Numbered from the stretch's first letter, positions 1 to 13,332 are shown. The stretch is 64,000 bases of DNA from Takakia lepidozioides (GCA_030704615.1 CM060732.1:73718001-73782000); one strand, 5' to 3'. Made by a program: numbers and translations. Notes: generated by a model not told the origin, from the sequence alone.

Positions 1-146
1 TAAAAGGGAACACCCCTAGGGGTTGACTCAGTGCTCACAAATAATCCCCTGAATTATAGTGAGGAGAGAAAATGACCTATCTAATAGTAACCTCCCCAAA
101 AGGCTCTTTTTGTATCTAATGAGAGCTATGGCTCACATGTTTTCTG

Positions 147-1128
147 GATGACAATAGGAATAATGTAAGAACTTAATGGACTAATGCGATCTGATGGTAC
201 TACGCCGGATCCAGCAAGGCCCCTGTCAAATGGTCCCCATCCCCTGTCACCTCGGTTTCACTATTAAATACTTAAGAATCCAAGTGGGTTTCATGGTGGT
301 TTGATGATAAGGTGATAGCAATGCAGGTGACGAAGTTATGGGTTCGATTCTTGATGGGAGGTTCTTGCAGTGTAACCAGGATATTAGTATTGCAATGGGT
401 CTAATCCTCTGTTAATTCCAGTCTCTCATGCAAGGCCCTGGCCGCATGGCGTGGCTAGCATAGCACGCCTGCTAATGTCTTAGCAGGCCCGCTTTCCTAA
501 ATGCTGCTCCAATTAACTTTATTGCTGCCGCACTGAAAAATTTAGCATAACATTTGTTATGCTCAGTTTTAGTTATAAACTATTGTTCGCTGCCACTGCC
601 CGATTTCCGTCAGCCGCGTTTGCTAGCCGTTTTTCCTAGAAACGGCGAAATGGCGTGGGCAGCTGCCCGAAAACGGCGCTCCAGCTTAGATTTAGCACTA
701 GGGGGGGGGAGGTACTGCTAAAAGTCGCCATAAACTACAAAGGATTAGTTAATAGTAGATAGCAGTAGTTAGAGCTAAAACATTTAAAGCAGGCCCCTGC
801 GGCCGTACTTTTGTAGTTAGTAGTAATTAGGCACTAGCCTAACAGACGTTAGTAGTGTGGTGCGGCCGGGGCCTTAACTCTCATTAGTCCATTTTCTACC
901 TAGCCAAATTTGGACTTGGTCAAATTTTGAGACCAAGTGTGAGTTACACCAAGCGGAGTTACACACCTTGTCGTGCAATCCAGTGTAACCCCATTTCCGG
1001 CATGTCAAATATTCCCCACCCTCTCTTGAGAGTGACATGAAACTGAAGGAGTGTAAACTCACGTACCATCCTGTCAGGGGTGAGGTTGCTCGTGTGCATT
1101 AAGTTCTTACATTATTCCTATTATCTTC
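147..1128. mobile_element. Candidate non-autonomous TIR DNA transposon
   Basis: Perfect 26-bp inverted repeat AATAGGAATAATGTAAGAACTTAATG (153-178) vs 1097-1122, extending imperfectly to 147/1128. No clean TSD and no ORF. Confidence 0.45.
434..873. mobile_element. Candidate PIF/Harbinger-like MITE nested in the previous element
   Basis: Ends GGCCCTGGCCGCA ... TGCGGCCGGGGCC (13-bp inverted repeat, 1 mismatch). Right flank TTAA, left flank CAA, so the TSD is imperfect. Confidence 0.35.
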
Positions 1129-2206
1129 TTTTTTTTCCCTTAAAATTAAAAAGGGAAATGCCTAGGAGCGATAGTTCACAAATTAGGAGAGGAGAAATAA
1201 ACCTCCTTGACATGAACCTCCCCGTAAGGGCTTTCGCATGAGACACCGACCAAGGGAAATGGTAGAGGAACAGTTGACCCCAGAATCATCTGGGTGGTAC
1301 TTAGTGCACTATCCAACTGAACTACTGACTAATGGTTTCTCAGTTTGAAATTCAATCTGCTGCCTGAAAAAACCAAATGGGAAGGAATTGGTCTACATGA
1401 AGTTTTTCATATTGATGAGATATTTTTAAATTAATTAAAATAAGTGAAATATATCTTCAAAATAGAACTGGCTTGTGCAAGGCTCACCGGAGGGGATGCT
1501 GGTAAAGCCGGGTCCGCGGGAGCCATATTCACGGAGGGTGTTTCCACTTCATGCACATTAACCACCATGAGCCTGTCACAGAAGTGGGGTTTGACCAAGG
1601 AGGCGTCATACATCTTCCCTTTTTCTTTTGCAAACAAGAGGTTTCTTTCTTGCCATGTAAACCCCAACCATCCACTCTATGTTCCCCCCAATGCTCAATT
1701 CTTCTTGAAGTTAGGGCCAGGTTCCATGGGCACTCCCAAATGCCCCCCCAAGCAAGCGCCCCCAAGAGGAAATCGTCCCTTAAAATGGAGAACGGGTGGT
1801 TCCATGGACACCTTTCCATTCACCCCTCTAGAAATCTTTGACAACAATTAGGGCCCATGACATAGTAAATGGACTACTATAATAGGGTACTCAAGGTGGG
1901 AGCCTGGCTAGGCTTCACTAAGGCACCATTATGCAAAGCTACCACTTAGGGATATTGGAATCCTTGGAGCATTGCCTTCTATTGTGCTCCACACCATCAA
2001 TAAATTGGCCTTTCCCAAACACAAGAAAATCAAAGCAACAACACCCCCACACCAAAATCACTCCACAATATTGCTTCTGCAATGACACCCCAGCCCAGAC
2101 GTGGCAATGGGAGAAGTTCCCTGTGTGTTCTTCACGCAAAGTAAGCCTCCGAGCGGAGGGAATTACCTAAATGAGCCCCACCACGAGGCTTCACAAAGGC
2201 GCTTAA

Positions 2207-2390
2207 CCCTTAACTTCCTGCATGTAGAGTTTTTGGCCCTTTCAATTTCTTACCCCTAGACAGTAAAATCTAGCTACCCACCTACCATACTACATCCATA
2301 AATATGAACTTTACATACTACCTATTGCTACCTAGCACATACATCCACATACCATATCTTGAAGAATTTCACCACAAACTTTTCAAGATG
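2207..2390. mobile_element. Single-end fragment of the piggyBac-like family at 23544-24365
   Basis: TTAA (2203-2206) then CCCTTAACTTCCTG. The next ~110 bp match the reverse complement of ~24260-24365. No second end was found; the right boundary is approximate. Confidence 0.6.
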
Positions 2391-2864
2391 AAATAAAGAT
2401 AAAGATAAAGTTACTTTAACGCCCGCTCTCAACAGTTCACAGGCTGGACATAACCAAGAAAAAAACGCACTGCACTGACATGTTTTCGAGACTACCACTC
2501 TGCTACTCTCTGGAACATCTGAAAACTAGGTGTCAATGGTCTTTGGGTGGAGAGCGGTCCTGCATTTCTCTTTTACTGACCACTATTTTCTTGGAAGTTC
2601 AAATTGAAGCAAGGTAGGCCTAGGTCAAAATGCACGCAGACATCTGCAGGGATCCGGAGGCTGAGCCTCAGCTCTTCAATAAATTCAAAACTATCTGGGG
2701 AAGAGGAGACATCATATGCAGCTGCGTTTCGTCAGCTCGCTGTCACTGGTCCACGTACCCCCCTCTCGCCTGACAAGGGAATCAGACTCCCATCCCATGA
2801 CTCCCCGGAATTCGACAGGGAAGCACCTCTCTGGCCGTCGTGCGGCCAGGCCATGCTCAGCTGC

Positions 2865-3330
2865 TAGGCTCAGCTTCGACACTTAGTGTTTTTGCCAACT
2901 CCAGCTCGGAATGATGGTTGCAGGCTCCGGCAACTCCCTGGTGGCATGACCTGATGCTTCCCCCTGGGCTGCCAATTCCCCTTATGGTTCATGCTGCAAA
3001 GGTCGTACTAAGCTGTTCCAAAATCAAGAATCAACAAAAAGTCTCTCAAGCTTTCCTATCCCCCGCCGGTCCAGGCGAAATCAGTTACTATTCAGCTCAA
3101 CTGTGGTTTCGACAATTTAGTCTTTCTGCCAACTCCAGCTCCGAATGGTGGTTGCACGCTCCGACAGCTCCCCCGATGGCATGTCTTCAAGCTTCCCCCT
3201 AGGCTGCCGATTCCCATTATTGCTGATGCTGTAGAGATCATACTTCTCTTCTAAGCTATTCCTAAATCAAGAACCCAATGTCGCTCAACCTCTCTTATCC
3301 CACCTGCCGGTAGAGGCGGAATCAGTTACA
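2865..3330 (+). repeat. Diverged tandem duplication, ~230-bp unit x2
   Basis: TTCGACA..TTAGT..TTT.TGCCAACTCCAGCTC.GAATG.TGGTTGCA recurs at ~2875 and ~3107; both units end in GGCG.AATCAGTTAC. Confidence 0.75.
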
Positions 3331-3619
3331 ATTCCCTACAGATTAGTTGTGGGAATATCATCTTTTGTCTAAGTATCTCGCTTTCTACCTCTATATCTCC
3401 TCAGGATAGATCGTAGAGCTCTCACACTTAGCAAAACTCCACCGTTCCAACCCGCTCTAGACACTACTATGGCCCGCCAGTCGACCATCGCTGTCATGTC
3501 GTCTTCCCTCTGGACTGACTTCTCGTGGGCCCATTGTGAATGGATTCTGTTTTCATCCACTATGCAAAGTTTCATCCACTATGGGTTCGCCCTCGCAAAG
3601 TAACTTATTGGCATGTTTA

Positions 3620-3715
3620 GCTTTAAGGCCCCTTGGGGTTTGTTTTTTTTTCCCTCATTAATAAAATTCGAGGGCTACTATCCCCTCTTTTAAAAAAAAA
3701 CAAAAACAAAACAAT
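3620..3715 (+). mobile_element. 3' end of a 5'-truncated LINE/retroposon
   Basis: TTTTCCCTCATTAATAAAATTCGAGGGCTACTATCCCCTC followed by an A-rich tail; resembles the reverse complement of the LINE 3' ends at ~28340 and ~42860. Confidence 0.55.
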
Positions 3716-3787
3716 TAATATAAGTTTTGGATGAAAATGTCAAAAATCATTCTCTCTCCTAAAATCTAACTTAAGTGGACATCTTTG

Positions 3788-3960
3788 TGACAACAGAGTT
3801 GTAGCCCAGTGATAATGGGCACATTCCGCCTGGGAAGTGGTTGTGGGTTCAATCCACCGATTGGTGTCACAAAGGTGTCCACCTTCTTGCTGGAAGGCAG
3901 TAGCCCTTCAGGTGAAGAGACACCATAAGTTACACTTCCTTCGAGAGGCGTCATACTTCA
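3788..3960 (+). mobile_element. tRNA-derived SINE
   Basis: A-box-like TAGCCCAGTGA (3802) and B-box GGTTCAATCC (3846). The body is homologous to two copies at 15660-15995. Confidence 0.7.
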
Positions 3961-4949
3961 TATTTCTTCTTAACTTAAGTTTGGATGGAAATCAATAGTA
4001 TTCTCTAAGGCTACAGGAAAAGACAAAGGTGTCAGTTAGGGGCGTCGTGAAACTCCATCGCCCCTGAAGGGACGGTTTTTTTGCGCCTCTTAGCAAAGGC
4101 AATTCCGTGGGGGCGCCCCTTAGGGCATATGCTATTTGGACCAATAGCGCCTCGTAAATCTTGGGGGCGATTCATGGGGGGGGGGGCGCTTGCAGCTGCC
4201 TATGGAACCCGGCTCTTAGGCATCTGAAATCCACTTCTCACGTCATCAAAGCCTACATCTAACACCCTCATGTAAGATAGCATCATCTTAGGTAACAACT
4301 ACACAAAAAATATGAATGGAGATGAGTCTTTCTTGGAAGAGAAAAGAGCCGAAGTACATGGCTCTTTCAGCATGCAAGGAAAAGAGATGAAGATGAGAGG
4401 AGAAAACTTCCAGTTTTGAGATCATGGGTCAATCTCCTGAGAGGTACTGAGAGATTGGACGTCATCTTCCGAGATCCAAGTGTTGTGAAATTTGTTATCT
4501 CCAGTCAGAAGAATTGAGGGCTTTCCGTCAAGGAAACCGAAGATTATAGGGGTAATGTGGATCTGAACCACCACATGGCTTCCAGTGTATTGCGCAAGAA
4601 CAGTTTTAGACAAAAACAGATTGGAGAAGGATTTCATGAGCTGCCAAAGATAAAATTGCATGGAGGATAGCCTATCACCTAACCGAAACGATGCCAGAAC
4701 TGTAGCGATTTGTCTTGCTGAGAGAGGAGATTTCGTTGAAAGTAAGAAAACCCGTGGGCTTACCAACGAAGGGGAGTCCTTAAACTTTTGGCTTGGGGCT
4801 AATCCATGGGGGTAGAGTCATTTCTCTTCCTGATCATAGAAGTTGCTAAGTGCTCCTGCATCATCCTAAGGACAGAGTCAATGTTAGCAATTTAGCGAGC
4901 AGGTACAGCTCAATGGTCTCCAACCGGGATGTCAGGGCAGCCTGCCTTG

Positions 4950-5659
4950 ACATGTCCCTCCTGATGACAGAAATGACACACCATAGAGAGATATTCTTCC
5001 TAAACCACCACTGAGACAAAAGAGTTGTCCAATGTGGGTAATTTAATAGCAGAAGGTAGTTTATCAGCTTCTGGCAATAAGACCACAATCCTTGGAATAA
5101 CACTGTCTCTGTGAATTTCGAAAACAAAATTATCCGTATCCACACTTCTTGGGTCAGTCACCTCATGATCATTCACCATAATGGATCATATAAATGATTT
5201 GAAATGTGCTGCAATCTTTGACAGAGCGGACGTGATAATTCCCAGGTAAGAAGGGCAGAACGATCGCACGGGGCTTCAACGTAACCCCGCCCTTATGACC
5301 CCACTTAGACGACCATGGGAATATATTCACTTTGAATTTCGACCAAGAAGTGTTGAACTGCAGGGCTTTGTTAGCATGTTGAGAGGATGTAAATATAATG
5401 GAGTAGAACCCTCGTTCCAGAGGTATTCAGAAGTGTTGAGTGAGGCCTCCGTCCGCTCCCAAGTATTCCAAAACCCATCTCCGTGCCCAATATCTATCTG
5501 GCACGCCCAGGGAAGTGTACTAAAATATCTTGCTCCTTTAGAGTGTGCACGTGCTCTTTGACCAGCTCCATGTCCAGGTCCAACACAAGCTGATTTTCGT
5601 CCATATGACCAGCTGTCTCACTCCAATACTCTTTGAAAACTGATCAGTGTAAGAGCAAT
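4950..5659 (-). pseudogene. Degenerate LINE ORF1 remnant, interrupted by the CACTA at 5660
   Basis: Manual translation gives ILVHFPGR...RRWVLEYLGADGGLTQHF*IPLERGFYSIIF, similar to IFIHFPGKKVDRATVRDWAIRHLGGNGGLRQLF in the LINE ORF1 at 41882-42802. Boundaries are approximate. Confidence 0.6.
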
Positions 5660-6940
5660 CAATACTACGTTTGGGGGGGGGTTTAGCGATGCCCCAGTGA
5701 CCTCCAACCGCCGCGATTAGCGACGAAAATACTCTACGGCGCCCGAGGCGCGCCGGGGGCATTTTGCGACGTCGGGAAGTCGCACAGATGTCGCAGCGAC
5801 GTCGGAGAATCGCAAACCCCCCGGTAGCAGCGCCGGCGCGACTTGCGACGTCCGGGTAAAGCAAAATTTTAAAATAAAATAAAATAAAATAAAAAATATA
5901 AATCTGCGACGTCGCATTAGGGACGTCCGGGAGTCGTAAATGCAACCCCCAGACATCACAGTAGGGGGGTACATTTGAGTTTAGGTGAAAAAATTTGAAT
6001 TTGAATTTGAATTTCGAATTTCGAATTTCAAAAACTAGTTGACCATTGACTCCGGTTTTGTCCAATGGCAGTTCATGCAGTGTTCTACATATATTAAACA
6101 ATGCATATTTAAACCTAGTACCTCCATGTTATAACATTTCTAAGACACTGCACACTAACCAACAAATCTACAATACATCTATGTATCACAAAAGCAGTCC
6201 AAGTATATATATACATATCAAGAGTTAGCTCTTAGTGACTACCACTATCTCAATCATATCATCGTGTTGCAGATTATGCGTACTCTACAAGAACTCTCAC
6301 AGCTGGAACTTGCACCGAGACTTCTCCCCAGAGTTCTTCAAGAACAAATATCCATCAATGGCCTAAGTTTTGCAAAGCTGCATTGCAATTTGTTGTTAGA
6401 CAATGGCTATAGTGTGAGGATGTCAAGCCCATTATGCTCTACAATTTACTCCCAGAATCAATTTTCTATGACGCCCCCAGGACACCGGGAAATCGCAGCG
6501 CCGCAGCCCCAGCAACGCATTTGCGACGGCCGGGGGCTCTTGCGATGGCGGGGAATCGCAAATTTTTTATTTTTTTTATTTTTTTTATTTATTTTTTCTC
6601 TCGGGCATTGCGATTCCCCGCCGTCGCAGGAGCGCTCGGCCATCGCTATAGCGTCACTGGGCTGCGACGCTGCAACGCCTCGTTGCGATTCCCCGGCGTC
6701 ACAACATCCCGGGGGCGTCGCAACCTCCCTAGTGCGTTGGCGGGGGAATGAGGTCAAACCCCTTTCCGGAACGGCATGGCATCACAAGATGCCACAACAT
6801 CGTCCGAGCGCCGGCGATACGACGCCCCGACGTCGCAAGTCCCGAGCCGGGCGCCTGTGCGACGCTGCAGTCACAGGGGGTCGGCGCGTCCGGCGCGCCT
6901 CGGGTCCTCGCATCGCTAACCCCCCCTAAACGTAGTAGTG
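5660..6940. mobile_element. Non-autonomous CACTA element
   Basis: TIRs CAATACTACGTTTGGGGGGGG / CCCCCCCTAAACGTAGTAGTG, 3-bp TSD AAT on both sides, and GC-rich subterminal GCGACG/CGTCGC repeats. Confidence 0.9.
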
Positions 6941-7551
6941 AATTTTGTTTAAGATTCAATCAGATCTGTCTGAGGCCCGTGAGGCATGATGGGTTATGGG
7001 TGAAGTTATTTGCAGATGTAATCAAGGAAGGAGAAATCAATTGTTCTTTCAATTTGATAACACTTGGGACAAGGGAGCGGACATCTGCTCCAAAACATTG
7101 ACCTTGGAAGTTCAATGGGTTGACACCATCCCACCAGGCTAGAAGCTCCATTAGCGCAAAACGCTCCCATGCAGATGGTGAAGAATCCGAAGTGAACTGG
7201 GCAGTTGCAGGGTTGAGTGGACCAAAAACGGCAGATCTTGCTCCATGAAAGTCCATGACCAAAGAAATAAATTTGATGATACTATCCCAAAAAAAACATT
7301 AATGATAGATAATGGTATACTTGCAATAAAAGATTTAATAGTTTATCTTCATATTTTAATCATTTGTTTAGTTATTTTTAGTGTTCATCTTTTTAGTCAT
7401 AACCTACACTTATTAGAATCATTAAAAAGTTATATTACTGTACGAATTAAATCAACATAAATTTACTATTAAAAATAATAAAATATTATTCAAAATTTAA
7501 CTTTTATACAACCAGTCACTTGTAACTACACCATGCTCTAAACAAGTATGT

Positions 7552-7577
7552 TATATATATATATATATATATATATA
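7552..7577. repeat. (TA)n microsatellite
   Basis: Pure TA run. Confidence 0.95.
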
Positions 7578-8049
7578 CTCAAAGATCTATCACACAACAT
7601 TTAGTCTCACTTTCATCATCTAAAGATCGGACATATAACAACTTTCTGATTCTAAGTATTTCAATCTATTTTTTCTTTCTACTGCAATTTATTAAGAGAG
7701 TCGGACTATAGGCAACATTGTCAAAAACTACGGAAGATGTACAGGCATGTTTGAAGAGGCTAAGCGAGATCTTGAGAGACTTGAAAACTCTAAAAGAAAA
7801 GAATATTTCCTAAAGGAAATAGAAAAAATATAAACTATTATAATAAATGTATCAACTTTGGTCATTATATTTATGAATCAAATATACTATTTATTGGTAT
7901 GTACCGACAAAATTGGTAGGTTGTCATCATTTATTATAATTAAAACAAAAATTTATTTTCGATAAACGTTCATACATCCATTTGTAATGCATTGACATCT
8001 TTTTTTGAAATAAACCTTTACGTGTTAGTACCTATGTTAAAAATATAAA

Positions 8050-9400
8050 AATAGTAAGATATTATTTATAGCTGCCTTAGGATTGCCCTAAGGAGTACTA
8101 AGGGGGGAAATGGAAATATGTAAATTATTATTTATAACTCTTAAAAAAAAAATCCTAAGGGATATAGAAAAATATAAACTACTATAATAAATGTATCAAC
8201 TTTGGTCATTATATTTATGAATCAAATATACTATTTATTGGTATGTACCGACAAAATTGATAGGTTGTCATCATTTCTTTTTATTTTAATAAACGTTCAT
8301 ACATCCATTTGTAATGCACGAACATCCTTTTTTGAAATAAATCTTTATGTGTTAGTACCTATGTCAAAAATAGAAAAATAGTAAGATATTATTTATAATT
8401 GCCCTTATGACTCCTAAGGAATCATAATGGGAGGAAAAAATAGAAATATGTAAATTATTATTTATAATTGCCCTTAGGACTGCTTAGGGCGGCCCTAAGC
8501 AATCCTAAGATGGGGAAAATGAAAACATATATATTATTATTATAAGAGGAGGAAAATTGAAATACATAAATTATAGGAAAATAAAAACATATACAGTATA
8601 ATTTATAATTACCCTTAGGACTTCTTAGGATAGTAATGGAAAGACATAAATAATTGCCCTTAAGATCCGTTTAGGCAACCTAAGAGGTTATAAGAGGGGA
8701 AAAATAGAAACATATAAATTATTATCTATAATTGCCCTTAGGACTCCTTAGGGCGACCCTAAGGAGTCCTAAGCAGGGAAAAATTAAAAGATGTAAATTA
8801 TTATTTATAATTGTCCTTAGGACTCCTTAGGACGGCCCTACGGAGCACTAAGAGAGAGAAAATGAAAATATATAAATTATTATTTATAATTGCCCTTAGG
8901 ACTCCTTTGAAAACATATAAATTATTATTTATTATTACCCTCATGACTTCTTAGGACAGTCATAAGAGGAGAAAAATGGAAAGACATAAATAATCGCCCT
9001 TAAGACCCGTTTCAGCACTTTAAGGGGTTATAAGAGAGGGAAAAAATAAACATATAAATTATTATCTATAATTGCCCTTAGTACTCCTTAGGGCCGTCCC
9101 AAGGAGTCCTAAGAAGGGGAAAATTGAAAGATGTAAATTATTATTTATAATTGCTCTTACGACTCCTTAGGGCACCCTAAATAGTCCTAAGAGTGGGAAA
9201 GTAGAATGGTATAAATTATAATAGCCTCCTAAGAGAGGGAAAATGGAAAGATGTATTTTGTTATTTATAATTGCCAGTATGACTCCTTAGGGCGGCCCTA
9301 AGGAGTCCTAAGAGGGGAAAATAAAAAGATGCAAATTGTTATTGTTTATTATTCGGACTCTTTAAAGCAGGCCTAAGGCGTCCTAAGGGGGAGAAACTAT
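8050..9400. repeat. Degenerate tandem array of ~120-bp units with a palindromic core
   Basis: Recurrent TAAATTATTATTTATAATTGCC-CTTAGGACTCCTTAGGG-NNN-CCCTAAGGAGTCCTAAG (perfect example at 8737-8773). Confidence 0.85.
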
Positions 9401-12400
9401 AATAAATATATCAACTTTAAGAATCACATATATTATTTATTTGTAGGTGACACCATTTATTACAATTAAAACAAGATTTTGTCTTCGATAAACGTTCATA
9501 CAGCTATTTGTAATGCACCGACATCCATTTTTTAAATAAACCTTCATGAGTTAGTACCTATTCAAAAAGTGTGTGGGATAAGGTTAATAAATAGCAACTT
9601 TTCATTATGTTTTCATCCAAAAAAAAAATTCATTCATTCTTTTAAGACTGTACGTCATTTTTTCCCCTATAAGTATAAAAAACGAGGATCATTTTCTTCT
9701 CTTTCTTCTGCAAGTTGTCTCTCAATTTTGTTCTTTTACCTTCGTTTTTGCGTTTATGTTTATCTGTCTTGACAATGTTTTTCAGTTCTTTTCAGTAGTT
9801 TTCATTTGTCTTTGTTTGTCACTTTTGGTTCTCTGTTTATGTTTCTTTCTAATCTCTATTTTTGTCTTTTTGTGTGAGTTTTTCGATAGAATAGAATTTT
9901 TTTTTTTATGTATGCAGAACGAAGATCAGTTCTTTCACTTTTTCTTCTGCAAGCAAGCTTTTTGTATAGAATAGAATTGTCTCTGAGTTCTGCTCATTTG
10001 TCATCATTTGTGTTTCTTCTTTGCTTCTGTTGTTTGTTTATGTTTCTTTGTTTTTTCGGTTCTGTGGCAAAATAGAGTTGTCTCTTAGTTGTTCTCAGTA
10101 GCATTCATTTGTTTTTTTCTTTCACTCTCTGTTCTTTGTAATTTTGTGTGAATTGTTCAGCGGAATAGAACTATTTATTTGTTCTTTCTGTTTCGTTTTG
10201 TTTTCTTTCCTCCTTGTTTGTGTTTCTTCTTTGTGTTGTTTGTTTATGTTGCTTTGTTCTTTTGGTTCTGTGGCTAAATGAACTGTCTCCTAGTTCTAGT
10301 TCTAAGTAGCTTTCATTTGTTTTTTTTCCTTCGCTTCCTGTTTTTTGTTTCTTTTCAATCTCTATTTTTTGTATTTCTGTGTGAACTGTACAGCAAAATA
10401 GAACTTTCCATTCTTTCCTTCTCTTCGTTCGTTCTCTTTCGTTTTGTTTCTTTCCTCTGCGTTTGTCTTTCTTCTTTGCTTCTTTGTTTCGTTCCTCTTC
10501 TTTCTTCTCTTTTTTTTTTTTGTTTCCTAACATATTTGACACATTACCAAAAACACTATATTATATTTCCAAGAAATTATCAAATTTCATTACTCTGTGA
10601 TTATGCCACTTGAATGTTACATCATAATCTATAGTGGATATGATATTCAAGCATGATATCAATATAGTATGTACAACTTAGAGATTATAAATATTTAATT
10701 ATAATCAGAATTATATATATATACTATAAATAAGTATATAAAAAGAATATAAATATTACATTATATTATATTTAAAATATTAAAATCTAGCTATAATCTA
10801 ACGACGTCGCTACATAAATCAACTATCATTCTATCCATCAACCAGTCAATTATCATTCCATCTATTATCATAAATCAATCATTATCAATTACAATCATGT
10901 GTTACTTTTACTTACAACATAATTATCTATTCATATCACTTTATATCTTATCATTAAATTCTCATATTTCAAATTTAAATTATTAAATATTTAAATGATT
11001 TATATAAATAAACAGTATTTGCAAATATAATACAATTTTTTAAGAATCAATATTATAATATATGTATTTATTTAAACATAATGTTGTATATTATGTATTA
11101 TAAAAGTAAATGTATTATCAATTTATATCATGCTTTCAATGTCAGATTCATCATTCCAATTAAATCTAATAAATCAACCTATCTAACATATTACATCTTT
11201 AAAACTTCAAATATATTATTTATATTAACGAATTTAATTTGATTTAATTTAATTTAATATCTGCGAATCATAATTTGAAATTTTCATATATAATAACATA
11301 ACATATATTAAATATTTAAAATATAAAAATTTTAATCTTAAATAGAAATATTAAATAGAAATATTAAATATTAAATATTAAAAAATCTAAAAAACCCCTA
11401 GAGCGGCTCTAAAGGATTCTTAGAGCGAATATAAATAGTAATTTAGCTATTTCTGTTTTCCCACTGTATGAAAGCCCTTACAACGAACGTAAATAGGGAT
11501 TTAGTTTTTTTTTCTTTCCAATTTAAGATATCCTTACATTGGCTCTAAGGGTCCATTAGAGTAAATGTAAAAAATATGTTAGGGTTTTTCTTCTTGGTCA
11601 TGGTTGACTCTTGAGGCCGTATGACACCCTTTGAGATTTAACTCTTCTTCCTCTTCAATAATTCAACTATTAACAATATAGTAATTTGGCTAAAAATCAC
11701 TAGCTGGCATCCTAAAGATATAATTCATTAAACATTTTAGTCTATTATTTGGAGAAATTCTGAAAAATTAAAAATTAGATTTTTCAAAAAAAAAAATCAA
11801 TATGACACCTAGCCATTGAAGATTATAGGTTCTTATACTTCTTGAAAAACAATGACACCCAAAATCCAAAAAACAAGATGAGCTATGGACTTTTCAAAAA
11901 ACGTCGATTGTTTTGATATATATTAGTCCATATGAGTCAAATGACAAATGATTTTGCCACTTCAAATCCATACCTATGATGTGGACCAAAGTGGCCACCT
12001 TATGTTCAAATTTCAATGGAATTCACCAATGGCACATAGGAGAATTTGAGTCCATTGTAATTCCATTCATTGCGGTAACAGTCCACAATGACGGTGTTCA
12101 AAAGTCCATAGCGGAGTCATTTCTTATCGGATTCATGATTGGAAAGTTGCTATGGGTGTGTATTGAAGCTAGGAATCCAATGATATATATATTTGTTGGT
12201 TTTAATGAGATAATTCAATTTCAATTGATGACACCATCAATTGCAGTCATCTAAAACTGTGCTGGTAACGTCCATTTTGGTCCAGTCAACCCTGCATTCA
12301 CTCAACTAGAGACACCTCACTTATGAAGACTAGGTTTAGAACCCAGCTCTCTTATGAACCATACTAGAGGAAACTGATAGCTACTAGGTCTCTGTACTTT

Positions 12401-12527
12401 GATGATACTAGTTCTCTTTTAACTTCATGGATTTAGTTTATATCCACGTTGTGTAAGTGTATAGAATTTGTTCTACAGAATCTCAATAAGGAGGGATTCA
12501 AAAGGTGTAGCAGCTGCATATCTTTCT

Positions 12528-13030
12528 TTAATGTTTGTCTGAAGCATTGTGATTCATTTATCCATTAGGTATATCCTCATAAAGATTCTGTAGTAGTGTC
12601 GTGGAGATATTCAAATTGTCTTTGGTGAATCTCAAGGAAGCATTTACCTCGACATAAATGTCGAGGTTGCATAGGTGTTCTATCTGCACTAATCTCAAAT
12701 ACATTGATTTCAGGAGAATTATGCTTCTTCGGACAGGGATGCCTCTACTCCAAAGAGGCGGATGAAGCTCATAATATTGAGTGTTAATGGTCTCCTTTGC
12801 TGTTAATGTTTGTCTGAAGCATTGTGATTCATTTATCCATTAGGTATATCCTCATAAAGACTCTGTAGTGTCGTGGAGATATTCAAATGTCGAGGTTGCA
12901 TAGGTGTTCTATCTGCAGTAATCTCAATTACATTGGTTTCAGGAGAATTATGCTTCTTCGGACAGGGATGCCTCTACTCCAAAGAGGCGGATGAAGCTCA
13001 TAATATTGAGTGTTAATGGTCTCCTTTGTT
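12528..13030 (+). repeat. Near-identical tandem duplication (second copy has an internal deletion)
   Basis: TTAATGTTTGTCTGAAGCATTGTG...GGTCTCCTTTG occurs at ~12529-12800 and ~12803-13028. Confidence 0.9.
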
Positions 13031-13129
13031 GTCTTACCGATCTCTTGCTAGTCCTTTGCTTTTCTCAGGCTTTGGTTCCGAAGCATTGCCTTCCTGGATC
13101 AACCACTATGGCACCCACAATCGAGGCTA

Positions 13130-13332
13130 TTTTTTCCTCTTTGTACTCCTTGGGCTTTTGTGCCTCTATTATAAAAATTTAGGGCTTCCATCCCATTTTC
13201 CCAAAAAAAAAAACAAAAAAAAACAGGCTATAAGCAATGTTTTTTTTTGTACTCCTTGGGCCTTTGTCCCTCTATTATAAAACTTCGGGCTTCCATCCTC
13301 TTTTCCAAAATAATAATAATAATAATAATAAT
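13130..13332 (+). mobile_element. Two consecutive LINE-type 3' ends with A-rich and (AAT)n tails
   Basis: TGTACTCCTTGGGC...CTCTATTATAAAA..GGGCTTCCATCC..TTTTCC occurs twice; the first is followed by poly(A), the second by (AAT)n. Confidence 0.6.

Larger units (their letters stand above)
7199..12303. mobile_element. Non-autonomous TIR element with 4-bp TSD (Sola-like), long copy
   Basis: Ends GGGCAGTTGCAGGGTTGAGTGGACCAAAA ... TTTTGGTCCAGTCAACCCTGCATTCACTC, with TSD AACT (7195-7198 and 12304-12307). Both ends are homologous to the copy at 51558-52301. The interior is AT-rich and non-coding. Confidence 0.8.

Noticed and set aside
3788-3870. Functional tRNA gene
   Set aside because: A and B boxes are present, but there is no convincing cloverleaf and the copies share a non-tRNA body and tail, so it is a SINE.
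5538-7101. Long ORFs (187 aa, 221 aa and others) as genes
   Set aside because: They arise from GC-rich CACTA subterminal repeats and show no protein motifs.
8050-9400. CRISPR-like array of palindromic repeats
   Set aside because: The spacers are themselves homologous, the repeats are degenerate, no cas genes are present and the context is eukaryotic. It is a TE-internal tandem repeat.
9569-10613. Phe/Leu-rich or Lys/Glu-rich ORFs as membrane or charged proteins
   Set aside because: Low-complexity T-rich tract inside a TE.
11976-12254. Conserved 92-aa ORF duplicated at 51607-51885
   Set aside because: The similarity is explained by the shared TE end, and there is no recognisable domain.
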